Shown: in pieces, positions 50,683 to 63,402 of the stretch
Layout of the letters: each line of letters opens with the position of its first letter
Position numbering within the stretch: the first letter of the stretch is position 1
From: Calcarisporiella thermophila CBS 279.70
Taxonomy: Eukaryota; Fungi; Calcarisporiellomycota
Assembly (NCBI RefSeq): GCF_041956535.1
Contig: NW_027192201.1
Location: 160,060-224,059 of the forward strand
Length of the DNA: 64,000 bases
Direction: 5' to 3'
Position numbers and translations under genes: made by a program
The notes under the pieces: generated by a model
Seen by the model: the letters and a program-made list of their open reading frames with translations, nothing else
Databases searched by the model: none
Told to the model about the DNA's origin: nothing

Positions 50683-51881
50683 GGTGTAATCTATTCCTAG
50701 ACAGCGGGGAGAATGGGTTAGAGAGGGCGCATTTTCATGAAATCCAGGAAATCAAAATAAAGAGAAGGGCTTTTTTCTCACAGGGGGAGGAGGCATGCAG
50801 GGTTCGCTGCGACGCGTAGAATACAGTACCTTTTGCGAAGATCCCAGGATGTCAGCGGGGGGCCATGCAGCCGGGAGTCCAAGAATGCAGGGGAAAGGAA
50901 TGAAAGGGGCAGCAAGATGGAGGCTCTTGGTGAACGGCACCCGCTTCTTAAAGACGAGAACCTTATTTACCTCCGTTACACCCACTTGTATTTTGATTTT
51001 CGCTTCAGCTCTTCCCTCCAAATCGGTGCTTGGCTGCACACCCGCCCCATCAAGCCGACACGATTGGAGCTGCCCGGGAGCCCTGAAGCCTCCCTGCGGC
51101 CAAGATTGCCCAGCCCGGCCCGCCTTCTCTCTCCTCAGCCCAGCCATAATAATTAATGGGCCGCCCGCGCTCTGATGAGCGAGGCAGCTGCTCTTCCTCA
51201 GGGACTGCATGCCTCCTCTGCAGTGGTTTAAACCGTCGACATTCTAGAAGATAAGCGCGTTTCATTTTGGAAAACAAAGCCCTGGAAACTCAGTGTGTTG
51301 CCGTGGACAGTCCAGGCCATCGAGTGGACCATAGGGGTGCATGGAGAAGCCCTGCGCTGCGCCAGCGCTGGTGTCGCATTCTCGAAGCGGTGGTCGAATC
51401 CCAAGCGAAGTGCTCGTTATCTGTGGAGGTGCGATCTATTTACATATTTGTTGATAAGTCTTCAAATAGCAAATGGTTGGTGGCTGCCATACTAAACTCA
51501 TCCAAGCATAGTCTTTGGCTACTCCCGTAGATTCCTTGTATCACTGAAAACCTGCCCTTATTCACGCTTTTTAAATTACGCACCTCTTTGGGCGAAAGGG
51601 CTCGGAAAGACCGACCTTCAGAATAAGAAATGGTCAAGTTTGCAAAATACACAGATCATACAATAAGCTAGTCCTTCATCTGAAATGGATGCAGCCAGGC
51701 CCGACAACACGTTTTGACGGAGTGTCGTCAGCCGATCCTTCCAGCTGGATTTCAGGTACATTTGGCCACAAGCGAAATTAGTATTACAGATCCTGCCGCC
51801 TGGCCCAATCAAAATCCGATTGATGAGCTTGAGGGCCAGAGGCTGGAAGTGGTAGATGCCCATCTGAAGCATTGCTGCAAA

Positions 51882-52804
51882 ATGGCATCTAGAATCAAAC
51901 TAAAAAAGTCATCCACTATTCACATCACATCCTCCACCTCGCTTCCACCAAAGAGCACTGGCGATCTAACTTGCTATCTTCGCCTCTTCATTGGCGAGCT
52001 TCGGCTCTCATCGACTTCATTGGCTCTCTTGCCCAATCCCCTAAAGGTTCGCGTCGTATGGCCTGAAACCGACGAGGGAGGGCTCCTCTATTCGCCCAGC
52101 TCTATTCGGGCCAAATCGAGTGTTTATACTGGCCATGGACCCGTCTACCCTTCCTCTAGGCGATACCCTGTGCGGGAGGATAATCATGCATTACGCGCCT
52201 ATCTCAAGCGAGTCCGCCTGAATATGGATCTCCTATCTGGCCGTAAGCCGGTGGGGCGAATCGTGGTCGAAGATATCGAAGATGTATTAGGCGGGGAGGT
52301 GAATAGATGGTGGTTTGTGATAGGGATCGCTAATGGGCGTGTGACAGGGGAGGTCATTGGCGAGATAAGCATCGGTATGCAAATAGAGCCGGTAACTCCG
52401 AAGAAAGGACTCGACTTGCTGCTGGAGGAGGTGAAACTAGACCAAGGCTGGGAAGAACTTAGCGATGCGGAAGAGAGGGAAGACCGGGAGGCAAGGTGGT
52501 CGCCGAAGCACGAGGATAATAAGTCAAAAGCAAGATGCGCCGAGAAGCGACCCCTATCTAGAAAACCGAAATCGGAGGGCACGCCAACTAGAAAGTTGGA
52601 GAGAGAGACCAGTGGCTCTATGTCAGAAGTGTTACGAATCTATGCAAACGCAAGAAGGCTTCATGATGGTAGATGATATGAGCTCTGTTTATTTTTGCAA
52701 CTTGACGAAATATCCTAATCACATGAAACTCTCGTTTCTTTATAGCCATGACCAGCAGCCTACATAGGCATATAGACGAATTTACTTCCAATGACTCCAC
52801 ATAA
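51882..52804 (+). CDS. Short protein homologous to the N-terminal C2 domain region of centriolar C2CD3
   Basis: ATG 51882. The ORF runs to 52676, or is spliced (intron 52669-52745, CCTAATC branch point) to stop at 52804. Segments STSLPP..G.L.CYLRL, VRVVWPE..EGG.LY.P, RYPVR.....AYL, PVGRIVV and IGEISIGMQIEP align in order with the recalled human C2CD3 N-terminus. Confidence 0.7.
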
Positions 52805-53309
52805 TCTTGAATGATAGCTACAAAGGATTTATGTTTGTATATGTTGTACTATATAATAGTAATAGTGGTCTTTGCATGGATCTTGTGGAATCATCCATTT
52901 GAATCGGAAAAAAAAAACTATTCCCACACTGGCTTGTAAAAAAAAAAAAAAAACTGAGTGGTAATTCTTCTACGAATACATCACGGCAATAAATCCTATC
53001 TTCCATTGACTGAAAATGGGTCAGCACTGACCCCTAGCATCGCCCCGTTGCTCTACTCGTGCTCAGCAGAAAAGTCTCAATAAGTAAGCTTAGAGTTTAG
53101 GCGAAGGTAATGCGACGACTCGCTCTGGGGTTGAGGGTGAGTGTCGCAAGGCCATTCAAACTGGATGAGCCCAATTGAATACGAAGTCAAGATGGGCCCA
53201 CAGAAATAACAGCACACGTGGTCGCAAATATACTTGCTCTAATGGTTCCCACCCTTTCTCCGTCCATGAGCCACGATCCTCGATATCCACAAGAATCTCT
53301 AGAGGCACT

Positions 53310-56176
53310 TTATTGCTGGCACTGAGGCTCGTCTGTCTGCTCTCCTCCAATTTCGGCCTCAAGGGTCGTAGAGACAAATTGGGAATGAGGGCTTGCGGAG
53401 AAACTCGGTAGTGAGCTAGCTCTCGAGAAGAGGGAGGGGGTGAGCAGGGACTCTGAAAGTGCTTCCAAATAGCCACCCTGCAACAGCTGATCATCAAATA
53501 TCAGATTTTCGTGATCGACAGCGCCGCCCTCAACCGCCTGGGCTGCCGCAGCGGAGGTATACATCGGCGATGTGGGGGGGGGCTGGTTGAATATCGTGCA
53601 TTTGCTCAGGAGCCGTGCTGCTTGGCATGGATTCAATCGTCGTCGTGGTAGTGAATAGATTGGCCAGGGTATTTTCCATGGGATTTCCATGCTCCTCGTG
53701 AAGTGTATCAATGGCCCCGCCGAATTCCCTGCTCTTCATCGGCACTGTGGAGGGGGTTGGACCAGGATTCGATGCTGTCGTAGCTACCGAGTTGCTCTTC
53801 CTCAGACCAGAGCAATACACGGGACAAGGACTCCGCTCGTCGGACATCGGGAAGAGCGTCATTCTGGCCACACTGCTGGATCCATTTTCAACTTGCTGGC
53901 TGGGTGCTTCACTCGTTGCCCACCGCTCCTCGCTCTTTCCGTGCGAAACCTCGAGTGTGCGATGGAGCCCATACGAATCTCTAAGCAATGCAAGGGCATT
54001 GCCCGCCATCCCCCAGAACGTCTGCATGCGCTCCAACAAGACGACGCCCCGCTCCACGGATTCGCGACATTTGGCCGCCAGGGCTCGGTCGGGGGCATTC
54101 AGGTACCGCAGGTGGATAGAGCATGCAATGTACACACAGCCGGGGGCGTAGTAAGCAATTCCATACAGTTGCTTCATCTCCAAGTTCCAGAGGAGGTCGA
54201 CCAGGATATTGGCAGAGCAAATGCAGTATTTGGCCGACGTCTCCGAAAGCGAATCCAGCACCTGCTTTTCCTCCGGCTTGGCAAACAAATAGTTGCGATG
54301 CAGCATAATAATGGCCGTATTGTAGATGATATGCATCAGTAAAAAACATCGATTGCTTTGCGCCAGCTCCGCCTTGAGATTCTGCTCCTTCAGCCGGAGG
54401 TGGTCCGGGAGAGAAAGCTTCCAGGACAAGATCGATGCATTCAGCTTCATCAATTCGTTGAGATAGGTGGATGTGGTGATGGGGATGTCCCGGCTGTTGA
54501 ATCGCACCACCCGGCCCAGCAGCGCGACAATCCGGACCAAATATCCTAGGCGACTTAGAGTGACCGTGCCCCATCGCTTCGAGCGCGTCACATCATCCTC
54601 TCTCGCCGTCGTCGCCCACTCTTCGCCCTCATTGAGCCGCTCCGTGACCACCATTCGCTCCAACTCATAGTCCTCGTCCTCGGTCGGAAGAAACACCTCG
54701 CAGTCCAGTTCGTGGATCGTTTGGGTCCGACCAATGGCGGCGGAGCACAGCCGATCGATCAGAAAGCACACCCAAAAACACCGCCGACGCGTCTCTTGTT
54801 CAGACCAATCCAGCTTGCGGGGGATGAAGCCGCTCTCCGTAGGCACCATGACCAGCCCATCAGGTATTTCGTGGTGCATGCCGAGTTCTTGAGCCATTCT
54901 ATCCACGAAGGACAAATGGACGTCAACGGCAGAGTCAACCTTTTCCAGAGAGAAGTGCAAAATTTACCTTGTTGCCATGCCTAGCAACATCCCCGCTCGA
55001 CTGCCTCTCGCACAGCCAATCTCGTGCACTCCTAATATTAACATTGCCTGTACCGTGGCGACCGAGGGTTGATCCCAGGATTGCGAGATTAGATCCAGCG
55101 CACGATTGGTAAATAGCTCACCTGCTAGGCATGGGGGGTCGTGTTGTAACTCGCGACGTTTCGAAAATCTAGGCATAAAGATGGGTTAGAGGATCGAACT
55201 ACAAGGGCGAGAAAATTCAACCACAGCTCATCGCTATGTACCGAGAAGACACGGCCAGAACACTATAGAGCAACATAGGCGGGACTTGGTTGTTCTGCAG
55301 CTGCTTCATGAACGTGGGTTTGTGGATCACGGGCAAGGTGGTCCACATGTGCTGGAAAAAACCCATCACCAAATCGGCGAGTAGGTCGGCCGGTAGCTGT
55401 CCCTTGTTCGACGGCGAGCGAGGGATACTCTCTGGCAAGGAGAGGTTAACAGAGAGGTGGGATGGCGACTGGTCAGCCTCCTTTTTGGAGAGTATTTCAA
55501 AGAGCAGCGGCTTCGCGGAAAACAGGTCAAGTAGCGACTTCGACAGCCGATCCGCATCGGGGATATCGGAAGCGGAGTCGAAGTAGAGTCTCAGCCCTCC
55601 CTCTACCCTTCTTCTCCAGCTCTCCTGCTCACTTTGGTGTTTTTCCATAGGCATAGAGGATTTCATCTTTTGTGCGTCGATGCCTAAGCGCACGTCCTCA
55701 GAACCCAGCTCACGGGGATTACTATCGACCGAGAACGGCATGCAATGCTGAGAGTTCGTATCCGCAAGCTCGATGGTGACCGGGCTGCAGCATGGAGACT
55801 GAGAGTGCGATTTGGTTGCCTCGCGCATCGCGCCTGCCTCCCATTGCTGTTTCAGCAGTTTTTGCTGAAAATCAACTTGCGGATTCTCGCCCGACGGTTG
55901 GCCCTCTTGAAACGACTGCAGTAGCTTTTCCATTCGCACCAGGCGCTTCTCAAGCTGATCAACATAGTCTTTATTCGGGCCGCGCTTCTTCTTGGATGGG
56001 TTATAGACACATTTCATATTGGCATTCACACAATTGCCGCATTGAGGTCTCGCACCATCACATTTTGTTTTCTTCTTGCGACATGCCTCACAGGCCAAGG
56101 AAAGCCGTTTGCGTTTCGGGGCGCTGACTTTTGCCTCTTCCCCACGTGTGCTCTTTGCGGAGATGGCCCTTTCCAT
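53310..56176 (-). CDS. Zn(II)2Cys6 fungal transcription factor with Fungal_trans domain (C-terminus uncertain: stop at 53530 as assembled, or 53310 if a homopolymer frameshift is corrected)
   Basis: ACEACRKKKTKCDGARPQCGNC....MKCVY cluster, coiled coil, FFQH....PVIHKPTF, QAMLIL, A.RMAQELGMH, ETRRRCFWVCFLIDR. Two introns near 55240-55170 and 54966-54899. Confidence 0.9.
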
Positions 56177-57087
56177 GAGCGTAGCGTGTCTTTACTTCCC
56201 TAGGCAGCTGATGGGATGATGGCTGGGTGAGAAAGCTTCTACTAGGTAGAAATAATCTTGACAAAAAAGTAAGAAAATAAACAAAAGAGAGAGACAATTG
56301 GGGCAATGCAACTGAAAATCCAACTCTCGCTTAGCGTTTTCAAGAGTCAAGGGCACATTCTTACTCAGCAAAATAGTTGCCTTTATAGGATCTCTTTTAT
56401 CAATTGAAATCCGCAAAATGATCTGATAATTTTTTGCAACAGGGCTCTTGGCGAGGCTATCCTTATTGGATTGTCCAAAAAGGAAATTTTTTAACGTAAC
56501 AGCATCCTTTTTCATACTACTCAGAACATTATTTTTAGGATTCCGGAGAAAACAGCTTGGAAACCCTCGCTTGCGTCAAGTGGAGTAATCCTACCTTAAT
56601 AGCACCTGATCCACCGTTCGCAAAGTGAAAGGGTCGGTCTGGACATCATCGCTCCAGCTATGCTTCCTACCACTCTGAAAGGCAACAATTGCATATCCTC
56701 TTTCGCCAGGTGGAGTTAGAGCTGGTAATCGACGTTAACTCGAAGGGGATCTAGGAAATTGCCAACGGTGGGCCATTTCTCCTTCACAAGAGGATCAAAC
56801 TATTCAAACGGAGGGCTTGGCGTGACTTTTGAATAAGATTTCCACACAAAAAAAGAGACATTGTACTTCTCCACATTTTTGTTGCATCATCCGTGATGTA
56901 ACCATGCTATTTTGTCTAGAAGAAGGGGTTTCCTAGCTGGTACCAGGAGGATTCGTTCATGATTCTCGTTGTTGAATTTAGAGTTCGAATCGGAATCGTC
57001 AAAAAACCAACATTTGGATAATCACACCACAAAAAAAAAACAAATGAAAACTAGCATCATTAAATTATCCCCAAATGTATATAAAGT

Positions 57088-59212
57088 TTACAATTTCGCG
57101 TTCAAAATGTCTTCTTTTTCTGCCTCTTCCTTCAACACACGCCGCAGGATTTTTCCGGCAACACTCTTTGGAATCTGATCAATGAATCGGACACCGCCAC
57201 GTAGCTGCTTGTAGTGAGCTACACGCGACTTGACAAATTCAAGAATCTCCTTCTCGAGTTGAGCCTTATCATCGGTGATATTTGGGCGAAGGACCACATA
57301 GGCTCTGGGGAGTTCTGTCGCCTGCTGCGAGGAGTAGACGCCAATAACGCAGCAGTCGGCAATCTTTGGATGGGTAAGGAGAAGCCCTTCCAATTCTAAT
57401 GAAAAACAAGAAAATAGTACGTATTTATATAGGCGTCTCAGGGGTTGTTGCTATGAACGGAATCGAATAGCTAAGAGCTTACCGGCGGGTGGAACTTGGA
57501 AGCCTTTGTATTTGATGAGCTCCTTTACACGGTCAACAATATAGAAGAATCTATAGTGCAATAGTATGAGAAGATGAGCGCCCGGTCCCTCAGAACCAAG
57601 TGGACAAGCCCTAAGTGCTAAACATTTACCCCCTCTCGTCATATCGGCACACATCACCTGTGCGCAAAAAGCCATCCGGCTCAATGGTAGCGCGGGTGGC
57701 CTCAGGGTTGTTCAAATAGCCCTTCATGATATTTGGACCGCGAACCAACAGCTCACCCTCTTCGCCCACCTTGACTTCCCTTCCATTGGCATCCAAGACC
57801 TTCGCCTCCACATTAGGAAGTAGCGTACCCACCGTCCCATAGTCCTCTTCCTCCATGTCAAGGGGGGCCATGTGGGTGACTGGGCTCGCCTCCGTCATTC
57901 CATATCCCTGTCTCAATCGAACGTTCGTAAGCCGCTGTTTGAACTCAAGTCCCAGTGTGTGTGGGAGTGGAGCTGCCCCGGAAATGATCAGCCGGAGCGA
58001 GCTGAGATCATATTTGGAAACGAGGGGGTGTTTAGCGAGGAGAAGGATGATGGGGGGGACGAGATGAGCATAGGAAATGCGAAATTTCTGGACAGCTGCC
58101 AGGAAAGGCTCAAAGTCGAACTTGGGGAACACCACCACGGTTCTTCCCTGGAAGAATTCAAGGTTTAAGACATCTCTCTGGTTTCTGGTCGAATAGCCAG
58201 TAAAGGACACTTACGCTAAAAGGAGCAATTAACACCAAGTTGGTCAGGCCATAGATGTGGAAGAAGGGCAATACACCTGCCAGAACATCACGGTCCCGGT
58301 GAATAAAGGCTGTTTGTAGGTCAAGCAATAAGGAGGTGAGGTACAGTTTGGTGGGTTGAGGTAATGTGTGTGTTTACCAGAGTCCAAGGTCAAGACTTGT
58401 GAAATGTTGGCCACGAGGTTCTTCTGTGTGAGCATCACGCCTTTGCTTTTCCCTAACGAAATGCATGACCAGTGAGGACCAGATCAATGAATGCCACGGG
58501 GGGGAAGAAAACCAGAACAAACCCGTAGTTCCAGAGCTGAAGTTCAAAAAGGCCAAGTCATCAGGGTCGACACGCGTAAGTTCCGCCTCTCGCTGCGAGA
58601 AAAGCGCTTGGTACGGGAGGATACCATTGACCTCTTTTCCACCAAACAGAAGGATTCGCTCCTTTGGAATACCTCGGGCCGCAGCAGCCTTAAGTGCCAC
58701 CTCCATGAAGATGGGATGAATGATCATGGCTTTAGCCTTGCAAATTTCAAGCTGGTGGACCAGCTCATCCACAGTATAAGCTGGGTTAGCAGGACTCACG
58801 ATGCCACCTGAGTCAGGGTAGAGGATGATAAGCCAAGATGAATGGAGCCCATTTTCGGCCGCTCACTTACCCACTGCTAGCGCGCCCAATATCGGGATGG
58901 CATAATCGTACTAATGACACAAGTGGTTAGGGCAGGAACTCGATAATGCGCATTGCGCTTGAACTTTATCCGTACCTGATTAGGCGAAAAGATCAACAAA
59001 ACATCGCCTTTTGCAAACCTGAAACGCTCCTGCAAACCCGCCCCGAAGCGCAGCGATTCGCTCCGCAATTGCTGATGGGTCAAGGATGCGCCGGTAACAG
59101 CATCGATAAAAATGGGTTTCTGGGAATAGATAAGATCCTTGCTGCTGAACAGGAACTCGTAGAGCCCGATATTCGGTATGGCAATGGATGGGCGGTGCGA
59201 TTTGATAACCAT
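57088..59212 (-). CDS. Peroxisomal 4-coumarate:CoA ligase-like acyl-CoA synthetase (luciferase-like ANL family)
   Basis: [87 protein letters not shown]. C-terminal PTS1 -AKL. Confidence 0.93.
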
Positions 59213-59800
59213 GATGGGGAGTTTTCTGCGGTTTGGTGAAGCAGGAAAGAAAATAGAACACGGTGGGCTTTTCGCTTAAAACTTGGTGAAGTAGAGAACG
59301 ATTCAAGCACGTGAATGGCCGCTAGAGCCACTTTCTCCAAAGCCCCATGGAAACTAGCCGTTAGTCCGTTCAAACTCACTCAAATTACAGGAGTTTAATT
59401 AAATTGCTCTTACGAGTAAATAAAGGCTAAAAAACCGGAAAAAAGTAAATTACCCAGAACTCTCTCCATCCTGATGCTGTATCAGGCGGAATGCCTAACA
59501 CTAGGCAACTTCCTCCCTTTCCCATGGGATACGGTGAATTCATTGAACTATTCAAGGCAGATTACCAGCACGCATGGGCCCATAAACTGCTTAGTAACGC
59601 ATAATCTCCCCCAAACTTTAGATACTTTTCCCGAAAACCTCCCAGTGGCCGATTTTGTGTAAGGGGATCGTTCCTGTGCGAGGTGTCGGCCGGATTAAGT
59701 TCGGTATAGCAATTAAACATTGATAATGCAATATCCATTTTGGGACGTATACTATTTGTTTTGGAGAGATGTTCTCCTAATACACATTTATTGCAGAAAC

Positions 59801-62800
59801 TCATACACCTTTCCAAAGATTCTCGATCATGACGCGACCATCAAGCCCGGGCGCATGATCCTCGTCCCCATACCCCGTGCTCAACACCGAAAGCAAAGCA
59901 CTCTGCGAAAAGGACTCGGAGGGAGGGTCACTCTTCTCGGCCAATACCAGCTGTCGTACTTCGCGCTGCAGAAAAGCCAACACCCTATCAGGCCGCGTTT
60001 CCGTTAGGTCGCAGGGGATGTGGGTATCAGGCTGAGTTTGGGTGACAGGCGTGCCGGTGGCGGAGGAGGGTGTGGGTAGAGTGCTTGGGGTAGAGCCGGG
60101 CATTAAGGCGACAAGTTTGGAGAGAAGATCGCGGAAATCGGATTCATCATAGCGGGGAATTTTCGAGGTTATTGCAGTTATCTGTACGACAATACCATTC
60201 GATTCTTGATCTGTGGGTAGATGATTTAGCGGGGGGCGATGAAAAACGCGTCAAGGGAGGCCTACCTTCTATCCACTGTGTGCCAAATCCATTCCAGCAT
60301 AGGCGGCGGTCGGTGACGACATTCCACCCCCAAGAAACCTCATCCTCTCCTTTTGCATTCGGTTGAAATGCGAGGTTCTGGCGAAGCAGTGTTACAAAGT
60401 CTTCCTCTTCATCGGCACTAAATTCGATTGTGATTGGCTCATGTAAGGATTGGTTGGCCGCTAGCTCATAGGAGGCCAGCATTTCTTTGAAGCGAGCCAT
60501 TTCCACCGCTCTAGATCAGTAGAAGGTGGTTAGTTGTATTCCAACAGTGTGAACTACTATGTGCTAAACAGTGCGAATTTACCGCTCCTCATCCACTGCA
60601 AGTATCCTACGCACCCGCCCTTCAACTACGAACGCGGTCGTCCATAGCCCATTCCCAACACTACCCACTACAGACCACATTCCCGCTCCCTCTCTCTCCT
60701 TTCCACGACTGCGGTCGCTCATCATGTACTCGTGTAAGCCCTTTCGCCACTTCTTCTGCACCCAACTTTGTCGTATATGTACAAATCGATGTGGCAATCG
60801 ATCAACATGGGGGATTGTCAAAGTTCCGGACTCGTTCAAAGTCGATTTCAGTGCTATCTCACGATGCGCCTCCGCCCCCGATCGTCGAGTGGCAGGCTCT
60901 TTGCCCGGTGCGAAAGCTGAGCGCTTGAAGAGGTCTAGGATGGACTGATCTTGGGGGGAAGTGGAGGATGGTTTTCTAGGCGTCTGGTGAGAGGAAGACT
61001 TTGCCTGATTTTGAGAAGAGTTTCGGAGGCGATCAAATGCAGAGGGTAGAGGAGGAGAGTCGTCGTTTGCCTTCTTCTCGATTGAAGCGATATTAGTTTT
61101 AGACAACCTCGGAGGCTCTTCTTCCATTTCCTGTTCGACACTGGGAGCTTTTCCTACCGGTTCTTCATCGTCTTCGACTTCCACATTTTTGCTCCTCGCT
61201 CTTCCAGCATCTTCTTCCTGATTCAACAGTTTTTCTGGAGAACTGACTCTCGGTCGCTTAAATGATGGTTGCTCTGCATCTCCAATATGTTCATCTATGT
61301 CTTCCTCCACATTCAGATCCCGTCGCTCTCTAGCTGCACTGTTCTCTGGAAATAGCCTAGAGGATTTTCTCCGGCTCGAAGTTATCTCCTGAGAAGATAT
61401 TGAACGGCCTTTGGCAGATGGGTGCAGAGCATTCTCACTATCATATACAAGTCTCAGCTCTCCATTGCGGGCAATCTGCGTGGAGGGAGCCAAGCCAGGA
61501 ACTTTTCCTCGACTCCATTGATCCAGATGTACTTCAAATGGATTAATGGGTTCCAGCTCAGCAGTAGATTCATCTAGCTTTCTAGGAGCAGCATTTTTAG
61601 CAAAATCTTTGTTAACCGAATCAGCTTCCGGCCGTCCACGCGAATATACGTGGGCAGTTTCAAGATCTGGCGATAATTCTAAAAGTGGAGCATGGGTAGG
61701 AACGACACTAGATTGATGTGAAGGCTGAATACTGTTGTCTTCATCTGACAATGTATTATTGGGCACTATCAGGGCAGGTTCATTTGGTCCAGGTGGCTGA
61801 TGTGTGTCCTCAGTGTTTTCTTTCGTCATTGCGACCGCTGGCTTTACGTGGGTGTCACATGGTGGAGGAGATTGGGGCTTTCCCCATGCTTTTTCCAAAA
61901 GTTGCTCGAGCGCGTCAAAAATCGTTTGCGGACGATGGAAGAGAACCGCATTTTTGCTGGGTTCAATATTAACTGATATAATGAAGAGCATAAGTACCCG
62001 GCTCTGCAAACAAAACCAAAATAAAGCCACTTTACCATCATACTGGCTTGGAGACAATTTGAAGTTGAGCATCATAAATGGGGTCTTTTTTGATCCTGAA
62101 AATATATTTGAAAAGTTTCAATGGCTCCATACAGTAAATATTTCATTCAATATAAATGCTACCTTCCATCGCAGCATCATTCATTTTAAAAAACGTTTCC
62201 CGTACCGTCGTTACCACGGTTTTCATCTCTCCGCGAGTCGCAGCGACTGGCCTGCCGTTAATATACAAATATACACGCTCTCCTTTGCAAAATTTGATAT
62301 AATCTAGTGATGCAAGAATAAGAAAGTCATATATTCATGGAGCGCATCAAAGAAAAAAAGTAGGCTATACCTCGATCTCGCTCGGGTAACCACGCATTAA
62401 TAATTACGCTCAATGATTCCTGTGAAGCCTGATCAAGAGTATCGTCCTCATATTGTAACTCGTGTTCTATATATTGTAATCTAGATGCCAGCGCGCCACC
62501 GAAGAGAAATTTTATCACCTCCTGGGTAGTATTTGAGGCCGGCTTGATCCAATTCTGATCGAGGGTAGCGTTTGCACCGCGTTTCTTCGATCCTGCGCCG
62601 TCAGCGACGTGCTTGAGAGAGAAACGTATATCAGGATGGATCAGAGAATATGTGATTAATGTTTCTTGAATGCGCCGATTTGATATTGAGGCGGATTTTT
62701 GAGCCAGCTGATTATAAGAGAAGAGAAGAAAAGAAAAGAAAAAACAAAGATCTTAAGAAACATCTCGCCTAATGGGATTCGGATAATACCCACCTTTCTT

Positions 62801-63402
62801 CTGACGGGAAAATTAATAAAAATTTTATTCGCTACCACGGTAGTTCCTGGAGATGAACTTGGGCCAACCGTCTTTGAACTAAACAAGGGAACCATTAATG
62901 TCATCTGTCACATGCATATGTGTTCTTCACAATAGCCTCTCACTTAATCAAATTCCCGTTTCGATCCAGCTCGCACAATGTTGCTACCGCCTCTTTAGCA
63001 GTGCGAGTGGTAACATTCACAGAGAGAGAAACAGAACACACCGAGTTAAGTGCTTCGCCCCGGAAGCCATAGCTCATGACCCGCTCAAGATCCTCAAAGC
63101 GCTCGATCTTGGAGGTATAATAACGCTGGCCTACGTGGGCATAGTCTTCGAGAGCAATACCCGTCCCATTGTCCTTGACCGCAATGGAGGTTAAACCATC
63201 ACCAACTAATTTAACTTCGATGGAAGTCGCTCCTGCATCAATAGAATTTCTATCCATCGTTGAAAAAGCAATCAGTCCATGATCACTTAAGATTTGCGAA
63301 CGGAGACACCTACTCTACGAGCTCCTTCACCACGCTGTCTATGCTCGTTATTACTTGCGCTGAATTAAGTCGTCGAACGGTATCTTCGCCTAATTTCCTC
63401 AT
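59801..63402 (-). CDS. PMS1: MutL homolog of the human PMS1 (MutL-beta) type (multi-exon; 3' end approximate)
   Basis: ATG 63402, [37 protein letters not shown]. GHKL motifs DNGTGI, TSKI, YGFRGEAL, GTTV; NIEPSK. C-terminal blocks (ERALEMARFKEML, DRRLCWNGF, IPRYDESDFRDLL, RPDRVLAFL..E) resemble human PMS1. No DQHA endonuclease motif seen. Confidence 0.85.

Noticed and set aside
56421-56429. ATCTGATAA, matching the SreA/Fep1 iron-repressor site, upstream of the Zn2Cys6 gene
   Set aside because: Single occurrence; about one match is expected by chance in 64 kb on both strands.
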